A DNA stretch of 64,000 nucleotides, from positions 64,001 to 128,000 of IMG/VR virus record IMGVR_UViG_3300042988_000374; one strand, written 5' to 3'. Source of the stretch: a virus. Taxonomy: Duplodnaviria > Heunggongvirae > Uroviricota > Caudoviricetes. The notes below the pieces were generated by a model. That model saw only the letters and a list, made by a program, of their open reading frames with translations, did no database searches and was not told the DNA's origin. This document shows, piece by piece, positions 1 to 9,426 of the stretch (positions are counted from its first letter, which is position 1; each line of letters opens with the position of its first letter). Both the position numbers and the translations under genes were made by a program.

Positions 1-837
1 ATTAGCGAAGTAATTATCAATGAAACAATTCAACTGGACGAAGGTGTGGTTGATACCATCAAGCAAAAGTTAAACGGCGTATTGGCTAAAATTCGCCAAG
101 CGTATCCTAATTTTGATGCCGTACTAAATCAGGTCAAAACATATCAACAAGAAATACGGGCTATCGCCAGTCAATTACAATCTGGAACTAAGCCATCTAA
201 GGATGAGTTAATTGCCATGGTTAAACCACTTGCCACTAGAGTGGCCGGCGAGATGAAAACTATGAATGAGGGTAAGTATGACCCTGAAAATCAACCAACT
301 ACTCTCTATACCGCTGGTGATTATTCTAAAGCAAGAAAATCTACAAAAACGGTAACCACTAATAATAAAAAATCAGAAATTAGTAAAGAGACAAAGGAAT
401 TTCTAATATTAATTCTAATGCCATTATACGGTCTACTCTCGTTGATTCTATCATTACGTAATGAAAGTTTTGTACAATTTTTTGTAATGGTATTTGGTGC
501 ATTGTTGGTACTTATATTTTTGGCGGTTGGTGAATCGACAGAACGAAATAAATGGATTCAAGTCAAGAACTTCATTACTGATATTGCAAAAACTCCCGAT
601 GTGAAAAACGCATACACATTTCATAAATTAAGTCAATACCCGTACCATAAGCTATCATACAAAGATAACACACGTCTAGAATATTTACAGAGAATGGGGT
701 TTAAACGAGGTTCATACGAGAATGAATTAGAAAAAATAATGAATGCTATTGAGTCTAGATTTGGTGTATCGAAAGAAGCATTTAAACAAAGCAATTATTA
801 TAAATTCATGATAGACGCCATTGAAAAACAATTATGA
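1..837 (+). CDS. 5'-truncated tagged head/ejection protein with two hydrophobic segments
   Basis: Frame is open from base 1: ISEVIINETIQLDE|GVVDT, matching the MKISEV..LDE N-termini of neighbours. Internal MNE|G site; two TM-like stretches (FLILILMPLYGLLSLILSL, FVQFFVMVFGALLVLIFLAV). Confidence 0.6.
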   Translation: MSEVIINETIQLDEGVVDTIKQKLNGVLAKIRQAYPNFDAVLNQVKTYQQEIRAIASQLQSGTKPSKDELIAMVKPLATRVAGEMKTMNEGKYDPENQPTTLYTAGDYSKARKSTKTVTTNNKKSEISKETKEFLILILMPLYGLLSLILSLRNESFVQFFVMVFGALLVLIFLAVGESTERNKWIQVKNFITDIAKTPDVKNAYTFHKLSQYPYHKLSYKDNTRLEYLQRMGFKRGSYENELEKIMNAIESRFGVSKEAFKQSNYYKFMIDAIEKQL

Positions 838-2306
838 GAGCACAAGAATTTCAACCCCCAACAATCAAAGTCGGCGATGAAGTCATGCTCGGTAAGTTCA
901 AAAATCGCCGGGCAGAAGTCAAAGGCTTTGCTAAAGACAAGAATAATCAACCCGTATTGCAGACCACCAAGGGTGACACCCAACTATTCAAACCTCGTAT
1001 CAGTAAATTGAAGACTGCTACGACCGAGAGTAGACAAGAGGAACTGTCTCGTCTTGTCAAGATGATGACCACTGGGAAAATTCCATATGACCGTGGCATG
1101 CCATTGTTCCAGACTTATACTCAATCTCAACAACACTTACTGGAGTCTCTAGACCAATCAATTGTTGACTTTGTTCAGAATCTTCAGACTCATAGTCCCA
1201 CAGTTAATGACTCGTATTATGCTATTCCCGTGTGGGTAGTTGGTAATCAGGTGTTTGTTCTAGATTGTGAAGGTAATAATCCACCTACGGCACGTGCGAC
1301 CCCAATCATCGTTATAGCTAATAGCAGTGACCGTCTAAAAATCAAAACACCATCAGGTATAGAAACCACATACCCTTGCAATGACCTCAGTGATATGGGT
1401 TATAACACTGTGATTCTTTGTAAGACAGTCGCCGAATATCAAGCTATGGCCACAATGTTCCTGATGAAATTTGATGTCCATCTTCCAGAGATTGCAGAAC
1501 AAGAACTTGATGAAGGCTGGAAAGACTGGGTAGCTGGCGGAGCAATGGCGCTAGGAGCTCTTGGAGCGCACGGAGACGCAAATGCTGGGTCTAAGTATGT
1601 ACAGACGAAAACAAGCGCTGGTGCGCAGGCACCACAAGGAGTGGGCAGTGCTATCAAAGTAGACAAGAGTTACGCTGAACCAACAACTCAAAAAAGTTCA
1701 GCTAATAGTTCTAAATCACTTGCACAACCTGGCAAATTAGCGCAAAATATCAACAGTACATTTAAGAAGATGACGCCCGAGCAAAGTCGTGGTGGTTATA
1801 CACCGCAGCAGCTTAAAGATTATATTCAAGCAGCAGCTACTAGATACTTACCAGCGGATCAGGTGGCGCGATTCATGGGTGAAGTTGCACACGAGACAGC
1901 TAACTTTACTAGTATGGTTGAGCAGAACCCAGAGAAGAATTTGAAGCATTACGCTAAACGCGGTAACCCACTTGGTAATGCGGATATGAACGATGCGCAA
2001 AAGTACATTGGTCGTGGTTATCTTCAAATTACTGGCAAGTGGAACTATCAACATTTTGGTGATAAGATTCGCGTAGGTCTTGGTGATGAGTTAGTCAAAA
2101 ATCCGGATATGGCACTGCGCCCGGACGTTGCTGCTGCACTTGCAGTAGTATACTGGCGTGAGCGTGTGGCACCAAAAATGGACGCTGGTGCATCTAGCAA
2201 GTCAATTGCTACTGCTATCAATGGTAAGAAACCAAAAGGTCTAAAGAGTAGAGAAGCATATACACGTCAAGCGGCCGCTGACTTGAGAAAGAATAAACGA
2301 TCATGA
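834..2306 (+). CDS. Modular virion protein with C-terminal GH19 lysozyme/chitinase-like muralytic domain
   Basis: RFMGEVAHETANF and KYIGRGYLQITGKWNY are GH19 signatures. An ELDE|GWKDWVAGGAMALGALG segment precedes the domain. ATGA overlap with the upstream stop. Confidence 0.85.
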   Translation: MRAQEFQPPTIKVGDEVMLGKFKNRRAEVKGFAKDKNNQPVLQTTKGDTQLFKPRISKLKTATTESRQEELSRLVKMMTTGKIPYDRGMPLFQTYTQSQQHLLESLDQSIVDFVQNLQTHSPTVNDSYYAIPVWVVGNQVFVLDCEGNNPPTARATPIIVIANSSDRLKIKTPSGIETTYPCNDLSDMGYNTVILCKTVAEYQAMATMFLMKFDVHLPEIAEQELDEGWKDWVAGGAMALGALGAHGDANAGSKYVQTKTSAGAQAPQGVGSAIKVDKSYAEPTTQKSSANSSKSLAQPGKLAQNINSTFKKMTPEQSRGGYTPQQLKDYIQAAATRYLPADQVARFMGEVAHETANFTSMVEQNPEKNLKHYAKRGNPLGNADMNDAQKYIGRGYLQITGKWNYQHFGDKIRVGLGDELVKNPDMALRPDVAAALAVVYWRERVAPKMDAGASSKSIATAINGKKPKGLKSREAYTRQAAADLRKNKRS

Positions 2307-4240
2307 GAGCAAAACAGTTTACCCGACCGTCAGAAATAGTTGATGAAGCCAAGATGAATCCTGGTGAGTTTGAGAAGGCGATTCAGTCTGGTCACGAGGC
2401 TGGTGTGCTAGTTGGTTATGAATTTGAGGTTTGTATACCATATGGTACATTTGGTGATGGTGAAGAGGGCGAAGGTGCTATTAATCGGGACTGGATGGCA
2501 GAGTTCTTTGTGAATCACAACTACTTTACTGAAATTACACTTGGTCATATTTCACCAGCAGAGCTAGATTCAGTATTCACATTCAAAGACGAAGCCAACC
2601 CACGATTCAAGACGTTTACCGATGCGACTGATGCCGTCTTACGTGAACGAATTGAAGAAGTTAAGCAAATGTTTTCCGCGTTAGCCGATGACGTGCGCGC
2701 CGAATTAGTAACTGATGCGAAGAACTATTTGAATAAGATTGACCGCTCAAATGAAGTCCGTTATACCACCAACGATGATCTCCATGAAGAATATATGTTT
2801 GCTCGTACACTTACACGCTTTGCGCAGCATCGTAATCGTGAGTTACGTGCTCCTGATATGGGCATTGAACTAGACGATGTGTTCAGAGCTATCTTTGGAA
2901 TGAATAGCGACACTATTGACTCTGACATCAATCACTTTTTTGATTATGACCCAGCTAAAGTGTTTGAAGAACTCCAGTTAGACGACTGGGCAGACAGCGA
3001 CTATGATGACAACAACTCACACTACAGAGCAGGTGCACAATTCTTAGCTGATGTATTACAACACAATTTTGGCACTGATGTCCACATCTTTGATAGCTAT
3101 CATGAGTTTAACAAGAATGCAACTGACTGGTACATCGAGCCTGATGGTAGCTTACGTTCAAATGATGATAGTGATGTAGCACTTGAGATTGTGTCGCCGC
3201 CTTTAGCTGCCAAGGACGCCATCGCAGCTATTACTAAGTTTTATAGTATAGCTCGTCGTTACAGTCTTTACACTAATGATTCAACCGGTCTCCATATTAA
3301 CGTTAGTATACCACGAACACTTGATGTGCTTAAACTAGCCTTATTCTTGGGTGACGCGCACGTGCTACAAATATTCAAACGCGAGAACAATGATTACGCA
3401 GTGTCAATCATGAATCAGTTACAAAGGCGTTTGGAACGTGGTGGCGGTGGTGTTATCAAAGCAGGAACTAAGAATGACGATGGTTCTGTAGAGCAGTCAT
3501 CAACTATTGATTTAAACATGTTGAAAAAGGTAGCAGAAGACATCTCTGGCGGACACACGGTGAGTATCAGTAACAATGGCAACTACATCTCTTTTAGACA
3601 TGCTGGTGATGACTATCTACAAAACAATAAAGACGTGATGGACGTTATCGGTCGCTTTGTTCGCTCTATGATTATCGCTAGTGATCCAGAAGCATATAAA
3701 CAAGACTACTTGAAGAAGTTGTATCAACTAACCGCAGCTTCTGGTGGACACACAAAGCAACTAATAGCATCAGGTGATATCGCACTACAATCACTACAAG
3801 ACATTCGCACAAATGGTGTGCCAACAATCACAGCGTATGTTTACTGTCCATCTGGGCGCGTAGATATTGAACGTTTGAGCAAAAGAATCGCGCAGAATTA
3901 TGCTGGTGAATTCAGCATATCAACAGTAGCAGCATCATCTAAAGCACAATCAGTTTTAGGTTCACGCTCCAAGTCAGTTGGTATCTCGCGAGTGATATCA
4001 GACGCAGCTTCAGATATGTTTTTTGAAGTAGTAATCTATCCAAACGTGTTTAATTTACCTGTGTTCCAGCAGCCACAACCAGATACGATTCAACACGTAG
4101 TTGTAGCTACTGTAGACGACTACGGTTACTATACTGTAGTAAACACACGCGCGGCAATCGATACAAATAAGAGTACACGTGGACTGGTATCAAAATTAAT
4201 ATCTACGTACAAATCTAGCAAAGGTAATAAACCACAATGA
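2303..4240 (+). CDS. COOH-NH2 ligase type 2 (Amidoligase_2-like) paralog A
   Basis: Motifs VGYEFEV, WYIEPDGSL, LEIVSPP, TNDSTGLHINVS, YISFRH. Confidence 0.85.
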   Translation: MRAKQFTRPSEIVDEAKMNPGEFEKAIQSGHEAGVLVGYEFEVCIPYGTFGDGEEGEGAINRDWMAEFFVNHNYFTEITLGHISPAELDSVFTFKDEANPRFKTFTDATDAVLRERIEEVKQMFSALADDVRAELVTDAKNYLNKIDRSNEVRYTTNDDLHEEYMFARTLTRFAQHRNRELRAPDMGIELDDVFRAIFGMNSDTIDSDINHFFDYDPAKVFEELQLDDWADSDYDDNNSHYRAGAQFLADVLQHNFGTDVHIFDSYHEFNKNATDWYIEPDGSLRSNDDSDVALEIVSPPLAAKDAIAAITKFYSIARRYSLYTNDSTGLHINVSIPRTLDVLKLALFLGDAHVLQIFKRENNDYAVSIMNQLQRRLERGGGGVIKAGTKNDDGSVEQSSTIDLNMLKKVAEDISGGHTVSISNNGNYISFRHAGDDYLQNNKDVMDVIGRFVRSMIIASDPEAYKQDYLKKLYQLTAASGGHTKQLIASGDIALQSLQDIRTNGVPTITAYVYCPSGRVDIERLSKRIAQNYAGEFSISTVAASSKAQSVLGSRSKSVGISRVISDAASDMFFEVVIYPNVFNLPVFQQPQPDTIQHVVVATVDDYGYYTVVNTRAAIDTNKSTRGLVSKLISTYKSSKGNKPQ

Positions 4241-6237
4241 GAGCAAAACAATTTACAAGACCAGTCAAAGAAGAAGTGATTGACGAAGTTCGCATGAGCC
4301 CTAGTGCTTTTGCAAGTGCTGCTAAAGAGGGCAGTGAACTCGGTGTACTAGTTGGTTATGAATTTGAGGTTTGTGTACCATCTGATACAGTGCACGACAA
4401 CTTTAGCTCACCTGAACGCGCAGCACCAGAAGTTAGTGCCGAACGCATTGCTGAAACTATGTATGAAGAATCAACATGGGATGCCCATCCTCCTTGGGAA
4501 TTCACACCACTTCGTTTTGATCGTTACTTCAAGTTTAAAGAAGGTAAGTCTAAGTATCCAAACATGGTAGCAGTATATGATGACTGGCGCGAATCAGCAC
4601 TACAAAAAGCTCGTCATCTAATCGCTGAATTACCAGAAGACCTTCGTAATGAAATGAACGTCGAAGCAGAAAAGCTAGTCGATAGTGAACATTATGAGAG
4701 TATGCGTCAGGCGATTGATGACGATGAGTTGTTCTTGGCATTCTGTTTTGGTAAATCTCTGTATCTCAAAGGCAGTAATCGTGAACTAGAGCGCAAGGGT
4801 ATTGATATCTATACTGTTGCAAGGTCTACATACGATGACTTATTTGAAATGGCATTTAGTGAAGACCCAGGTGACGTTGTTCGACAACTCTATGTTTATT
4901 TGGACTTTGATCCAGAAACAGTCTATGACGCATTTGACTTGTCACGCTATGAGCCCGATGACGAAGAAGACGAGTATGACTTTAGTGGTTACAACTCCGG
5001 GTACAAACGCGCTGCTTTTGTTATGAAGGAACCAATTGCTGATGCATTCGGCGCTGATGTAAATATCTTCTCTAACTATCATCAATCAACTAAGAACATG
5101 CATGACTGGTATATCGAACCAGATGGCTCACTTGAACCTAATGATGACGATGAAGCGCTAGAGATAGTATCTCCTCCAATGCCAGCACAGGCCGCAGTTA
5201 AAGCTATCTCTACGTTTTATAGTATCGCTGAGCGATATCAATTATATACCAACAGAAGCACCGGTCTCCATATTAACGTTAGTATACCGAAAACACTTGA
5301 TGTACTTAAATTAGCAGTGTTCTTGGGTGATCAATATGTGTTAAAGTATTTTGGTCGTCAAGACAATAGTTATGCACGAAGCATGATGGCTGCTATGAAG
5401 AGTACGATTAGTGATCGTAGAAAAGTATCTGGCGCGTCACAACCGGCTACTGCTGCTGGTACTTCAGATGGTGAAGGCGGTACTCTAGCTACTACTCAAA
5501 TCGACTATGGCTTGCTGGCTTCAATGGCAAAGAACATCTCTAATCAACACACTATCAGTATCTCTGGTGAATCTGGTAAGTACATCTCATTTAGACACGC
5601 TGGTGGTAACTATCTCAAGGATAAACAAGGCGTAGTAAACGTAGTTGGTAGATTCATTCGCGCTATGATTATCGCTAGTGATCCAAACGCTTATCGTAAC
5701 GAGTATCTGAAGAAAGTATACCAGCTACTTGGCAATAGTATTAATCCATCTCGTAACAATCGCGCAGATGCGTTGAATTACCTACGTGAAAAAGGTGCAC
5801 CAGTTGTGAAGATTGATCTTGTAACTAAGGGCGAAGCTCCTACACCGGAGATGATTATGACTATCGCACGTAACACTGGTCTGTCAGATGGTTCCATTGC
5901 GCACGAAATTGCACCGAACCCAGGTGGCGCAGAGGCAGCTGCTGCTGCAATGATTCGCGTAGTACGTGGTGCCAATGCTCGTGCATGGGTAGACAATTCT
6001 GAAGATGCACACTGGTTCACGGTGGCTCTATATCCAACTGAACAGAATATTGATCGCTTTATTCGTTATCAACCAACTGGTGGTATTCAACGTACGGTAG
6101 CTGGCGGCAGCACTAGTAGTTACTATCTACCGGAGAAGATTCACATCAACTATCTAGACAACAAGTATACAAGAATGCTTCAAGGTCAGTTGATGAGAGC
6201 ACAACGCGCGGCGCGTACAACTGGTGGCACACAATGA
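4237..6237 (+). CDS. COOH-NH2 ligase type 2 (Amidoligase_2-like) paralog B
   Basis: Motifs VGYEFEV, WYIEPDGSL, LEIVSPP, TNRSTGLHINVS, YISFRH. Closest to paralog A, with the same MRAKQFTRP start. Confidence 0.85.
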   Translation: MRAKQFTRPVKEEVIDEVRMSPSAFASAAKEGSELGVLVGYEFEVCVPSDTVHDNFSSPERAAPEVSAERIAETMYEESTWDAHPPWEFTPLRFDRYFKFKEGKSKYPNMVAVYDDWRESALQKARHLIAELPEDLRNEMNVEAEKLVDSEHYESMRQAIDDDELFLAFCFGKSLYLKGSNRELERKGIDIYTVARSTYDDLFEMAFSEDPGDVVRQLYVYLDFDPETVYDAFDLSRYEPDDEEDEYDFSGYNSGYKRAAFVMKEPIADAFGADVNIFSNYHQSTKNMHDWYIEPDGSLEPNDDDEALEIVSPPMPAQAAVKAISTFYSIAERYQLYTNRSTGLHINVSIPKTLDVLKLAVFLGDQYVLKYFGRQDNSYARSMMAAMKSTISDRRKVSGASQPATAAGTSDGEGGTLATTQIDYGLLASMAKNISNQHTISISGESGKYISFRHAGGNYLKDKQGVVNVVGRFIRAMIIASDPNAYRNEYLKKVYQLLGNSINPSRNNRADALNYLREKGAPVVKIDLVTKGEAPTPEMIMTIARNTGLSDGSIAHEIAPNPGGAEAAAAAMIRVVRGANARAWVDNSEDAHWFTVALYPTEQNIDRFIRYQPTGGIQRTVAGGSTSSYYLPEKIHINYLDNKYTRMLQGQLMRAQRAARTTGGTQ

Positions 6238-6758
6238 AGATAAGCGAAGTACTAAACGAAGAAGGCAGGCGCCGTAACTTGTCAATCTATTACTTTGCGT
6301 ACGGTATGCTCACAGATCCGGAGTACATGGGCAAAGTTGATGCAAGAATGGTAGGTCGTGCTACACTCGATGGCTACACGTTAGAGCTATTCTTACACGC
6401 TAACGTACACAAGGGCAGTGGCTCGGTCACTGGCACACTGTGGCAAATCGACAGCGCGATGTTAGCTGACTTAGATCGCACAGAAGGTTACCCAGATTAT
6501 TATACACGCAAAATCGTACCAGTTTACTGTGATGCCACCGACCGTGAGTACCGCGCAGTAATCTATGTAATGACACCAGATAGTCGAGAAGATTCAGCTG
6601 GCCGAGTCCCATCACCACGCTATATTCAAATGATTGCTAACGGCTATCAACACGCTGGAATCTCGTTAAATCAACTGGTAAAAGCTGTGGAATCTAACAA
6701 AAAGAACGCAACTCACACACAATCATCTCATGACGACCCAGAAAACGAATGGTTATGA
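6234..6758 (+). CDS. Gamma-glutamylcyclotransferase (GGCT/AIG2-like)
   Basis: YYFAYG loop, VTGTLWQI, DLDRTEGYPDYYTR with the catalytic Glu, PSPRYIQMIANGY; N-terminal MKISEVLNEE tag. Confidence 0.85.
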   Translation: MKISEVLNEEGRRRNLSIYYFAYGMLTDPEYMGKVDARMVGRATLDGYTLELFLHANVHKGSGSVTGTLWQIDSAMLADLDRTEGYPDYYTRKIVPVYCDATDREYRAVIYVMTPDSREDSAGRVPSPRYIQMIANGYQHAGISLNQLVKAVESNKKNATHTQSSHDDPENEWL

Positions 6759-9421
6759 AGGCTACCGAGATTAAATCTTATGAACTTAGATTCAGTCAGA
6801 CTCCTAGAACCATTCAGACGATAGCTGAACAACTCACCCAGTACTTCAGAGCTACCGGAATCCGTGGTTGGCCCACGTCATCGTCTATATTGAGTACTTA
6901 CTGTGAACGTGTTGCTACTGGTACGCTCCTAGAGAGCGAGACGATGAATGCGCTAGAGCGATTCCAGCGTAATATAGCACAGCTAGACCAGCGTAGTACT
7001 CTGAGAATAACAGTTGGTTCCAAATTATCCGTACTTCAATTTTATCCCCATACCGCACAAAACTTAATCGAAGTCGTTGGTACCATCCCTACAAAGACGA
7101 TTAAAGAGATTCACGCATATATGTATGGTGACACCATAGATAGCATCGAATTCACTGATGGTAGCACGTATCCAGACGCTCAATTCTTAGATAGAGGGCA
7201 AGGTGGTGGTCCACTTGATGGTATTACTACATTATTCTTCGGAGATGCGGCTAGTGCTGATAATGCGCTAACACTTGCATCTATGTATTGCGAGAATCCA
7301 TGGTCCATATCGTCACACAACGTAGAAGTTATCGGTGAATCAACCACGCATAAATACAAGATGAAATTCGAAGATTTTGCCCCAAAACAAACACAGCAAT
7401 TAGATGAAGTCCGTATGGGCGCATCTGACCTAGACAAATTCGCAGCGGAAACAAACGGCGTAATGGCCGGTTTCGAAGCGGAATTATGCTTTCCGGGTCT
7501 ATCAGGTACGTCAACTGAAACAGATTATGACAACCCTGAAGAAGACATGGACCAAGATACCAGACCAGATAGTATTGAAGAGATTTGTGACTTCTTCTAT
7601 GATGGCGACTACAACGGCCGTCGTGAGATTCAGTCACTACGTGAACATCTAAACGAAGTGTACAGTGAATGGCGCTATGAGAGATTATCTGGTGTATGGG
7701 AAGAAGTTAAAGAACAAAAGGTTCGCGAATATATCGAAGAGAATGATTACTCATTCGAAGACGAAGTCCGTGAGTACTTAGAAGATACCCTAGAATTAGA
7801 CAGAGAGCAAGCACAATCAATCATCGATGCCGGTGAAGACTCCGAGATACCAGAACAAGCTGCGCTATTCAAAGAAGCGGCTGACCATGCCAATAACGTG
7901 CTTAATGAATTGACCCAAGAAGCGCTAGATGATCAAAACTACAGTTATGACCGCGCCCGTGAAGAATGGGAAGATGAGTACGCTGATGACGAAGAAGCGG
8001 ATGAAGAATCATGGTTACGTGATCTTGGTGTGCGTTGGATGAGTGAAGTACCATCTGAGTTCAACAATCGTAACGTTAGTATATCATGGCCACACTGGAC
8101 ATATCCAGAATCTGAAAGTGAAGGCGGCTTCAATGAAGATGCTGCTCGTGACTTAGCTAGTGAATTAGCAGACGCACTAGGCGTTAATGTTCGTGCTGGT
8201 AGTGGTTATCATTCAATCAGTCGTCGACCTGGTCTTTGGATCATCGAAGCTGACAGTAGTTTAGAAGCTGATGATAGTGACGACATGCCAGCAGAAATTG
8301 TATCACCGCCTATGCCATTAGCAGAGTGTTTGACACAAATGCAAAAGTTCTTTGAATGGGCAGCATCTCAAGGCGCTTATTCAAATTCAAGTACTGGTCT
8401 ACACGTTGGTGTATCGCTACCTCACGTCGGTGGCAATGTTGACTATTTGAAGTTAGCACTGTTTTTAGGTGATCAACACGTATTACAAGAGTTTGGTCGC
8501 GAATCAAATTACTATGCTCGTAGTGCACTTGAAAAAGTTCAATCTCAAGTACAAAGCATGACTGAAGGTTCTCGCATCGCTGACACACTCAAGGTGCTTC
8601 AACATGGTTTAACAGAATTAGCACAGAAGACATTAAAGACAAATGCAAACGGTTATGGTAAATATACCTCCATCAATCCGAAGGGCGACTATATCGAATT
8701 TAGAAGTATGGGCAATGACTATATGGAAAAGACTGATAAAGTTCTTGAGGTCGTTAAGCGCTATGCTTATGCAATGTATATCGCTGGTCGTCCTGACCTA
8801 CACAAACAAGAGTACTCTAAGAAGCTATACAAGTTGTTGAGTTCAACTGGTGTCAAGATGCCAACTGCTATTGAATTGTTCTCTAACTTCAGTAGTGGTC
8901 AGTTAGACAAAGAATCATTGATTCGTCAAGTTCGCGCAATTCAAAGCAAGCGCCCTGGATTCGACGCAGCTGCACAACAAAAGAGTGCTGGTCTAACTGG
9001 TCCAGAACTAAGTGGTGATAGCTGGTTCGTTCGACCATACAACAACGCTGGTAGTGAAGTTCAACTTCGCGCTGATAGTGCTATTGAAGCTCTTGCTAAA
9101 GCTAAGCAAATGCGCCCAGATATCTTTGGTAACCTGCGAGACAATGAGATTGAAATTCGCGGTAGTAACGGTGACTACACACGTGCGTACACATTGACTC
9201 TTGACAATGGTAGTAGTAACAGCGGTGCTGGTAATGCTGGTAATGCTGGTCGTGAATTCATTGGTTGGAAGATTGTAGACGCAGTGCGCACTATTCACGA
9301 ATTCAGTGGCATTGGTAACAATCAAGCAGACGCTAATGCATTTGCAAGACGCTGGATCGCACAGAACGGTAACAACTTCGCTGTTGTAGGCGAATTGTCG
9401 GTAGTACCTAACTTTAGATAA
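6755..9421 (+). CDS. Fusion of an unnamed N-terminal domain and COOH-NH2 ligase paralog C
   Basis: Start probably at 6755 (MKATEI, ATGA overlap). Ligase motifs AGFEAEL, WIIEADSSL, EIVSPPM, SNSSTGLHVGVS, YIEFRS; large acidic insert. Confidence 0.85.
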   Translation: MKATEIKSYELRFSQTPRTIQTIAEQLTQYFRATGIRGWPTSSSILSTYCERVATGTLLESETMNALERFQRNIAQLDQRSTLRITVGSKLSVLQFYPHTAQNLIEVVGTIPTKTIKEIHAYMYGDTIDSIEFTDGSTYPDAQFLDRGQGGGPLDGITTLFFGDAASADNALTLASMYCENPWSISSHNVEVIGESTTHKYKMKFEDFAPKQTQQLDEVRMGASDLDKFAAETNGVMAGFEAELCFPGLSGTSTETDYDNPEEDMDQDTRPDSIEEICDFFYDGDYNGRREIQSLREHLNEVYSEWRYERLSGVWEEVKEQKVREYIEENDYSFEDEVREYLEDTLELDREQAQSIIDAGEDSEIPEQAALFKEAADHANNVLNELTQEALDDQNYSYDRAREEWEDEYADDEEADEESWLRDLGVRWMSEVPSEFNNRNVSISWPHWTYPESESEGGFNEDAARDLASELADALGVNVRAGSGYHSISRRPGLWIIEADSSLEADDSDDMPAEIVSPPMPLAECLTQMQKFFEWAASQGAYSNSSTGLHVGVSLPHVGGNVDYLKLALFLGDQHVLQEFGRESNYYARSALEKVQSQVQSMTEGSRIADTLKVLQHGLTELAQKTLKTNANGYGKYTSINPKGDYIEFRSMGNDYMEKTDKVLEVVKRYAYAMYIAGRPDLHKQEYSKKLYKLLSSTGVKMPTAIELFSNFSSGQLDKESLIRQVRAIQSKRPGFDAAAQQKSAGLTGPELSGDSWFVRPYNNAGSEVQLRADSAIEALAKAKQMRPDIFGNLRDNEIEIRGSNGDYTRAYTLTLDNGSSNSGAGNAGNAGREFIGWKIVDAVRTIHEFSGIGNNQADANAFARRWIAQNGNNFAVVGELSVVPNFR
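7350..7356 (+). promoter_or_regulatory. Intragenic T4-late-type promoter 4 nt before an in-frame ATG at 7361
   Basis: ATAAATA-CAAG-ATG. The downstream MKFEDFAPKQTQQLDEVRMG mirrors the N-terminus of paralog D. Confidence 0.6.
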
Positions 9422-9426
9422 TCAAC

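Noticed and set aside
9225-9252. GCTGGTAAT tandem repeat
   Set aside because: An in-frame Gly/Asn/Ala linker (GAGNAGNAG), too short and codon-aligned to suggest phase variation.
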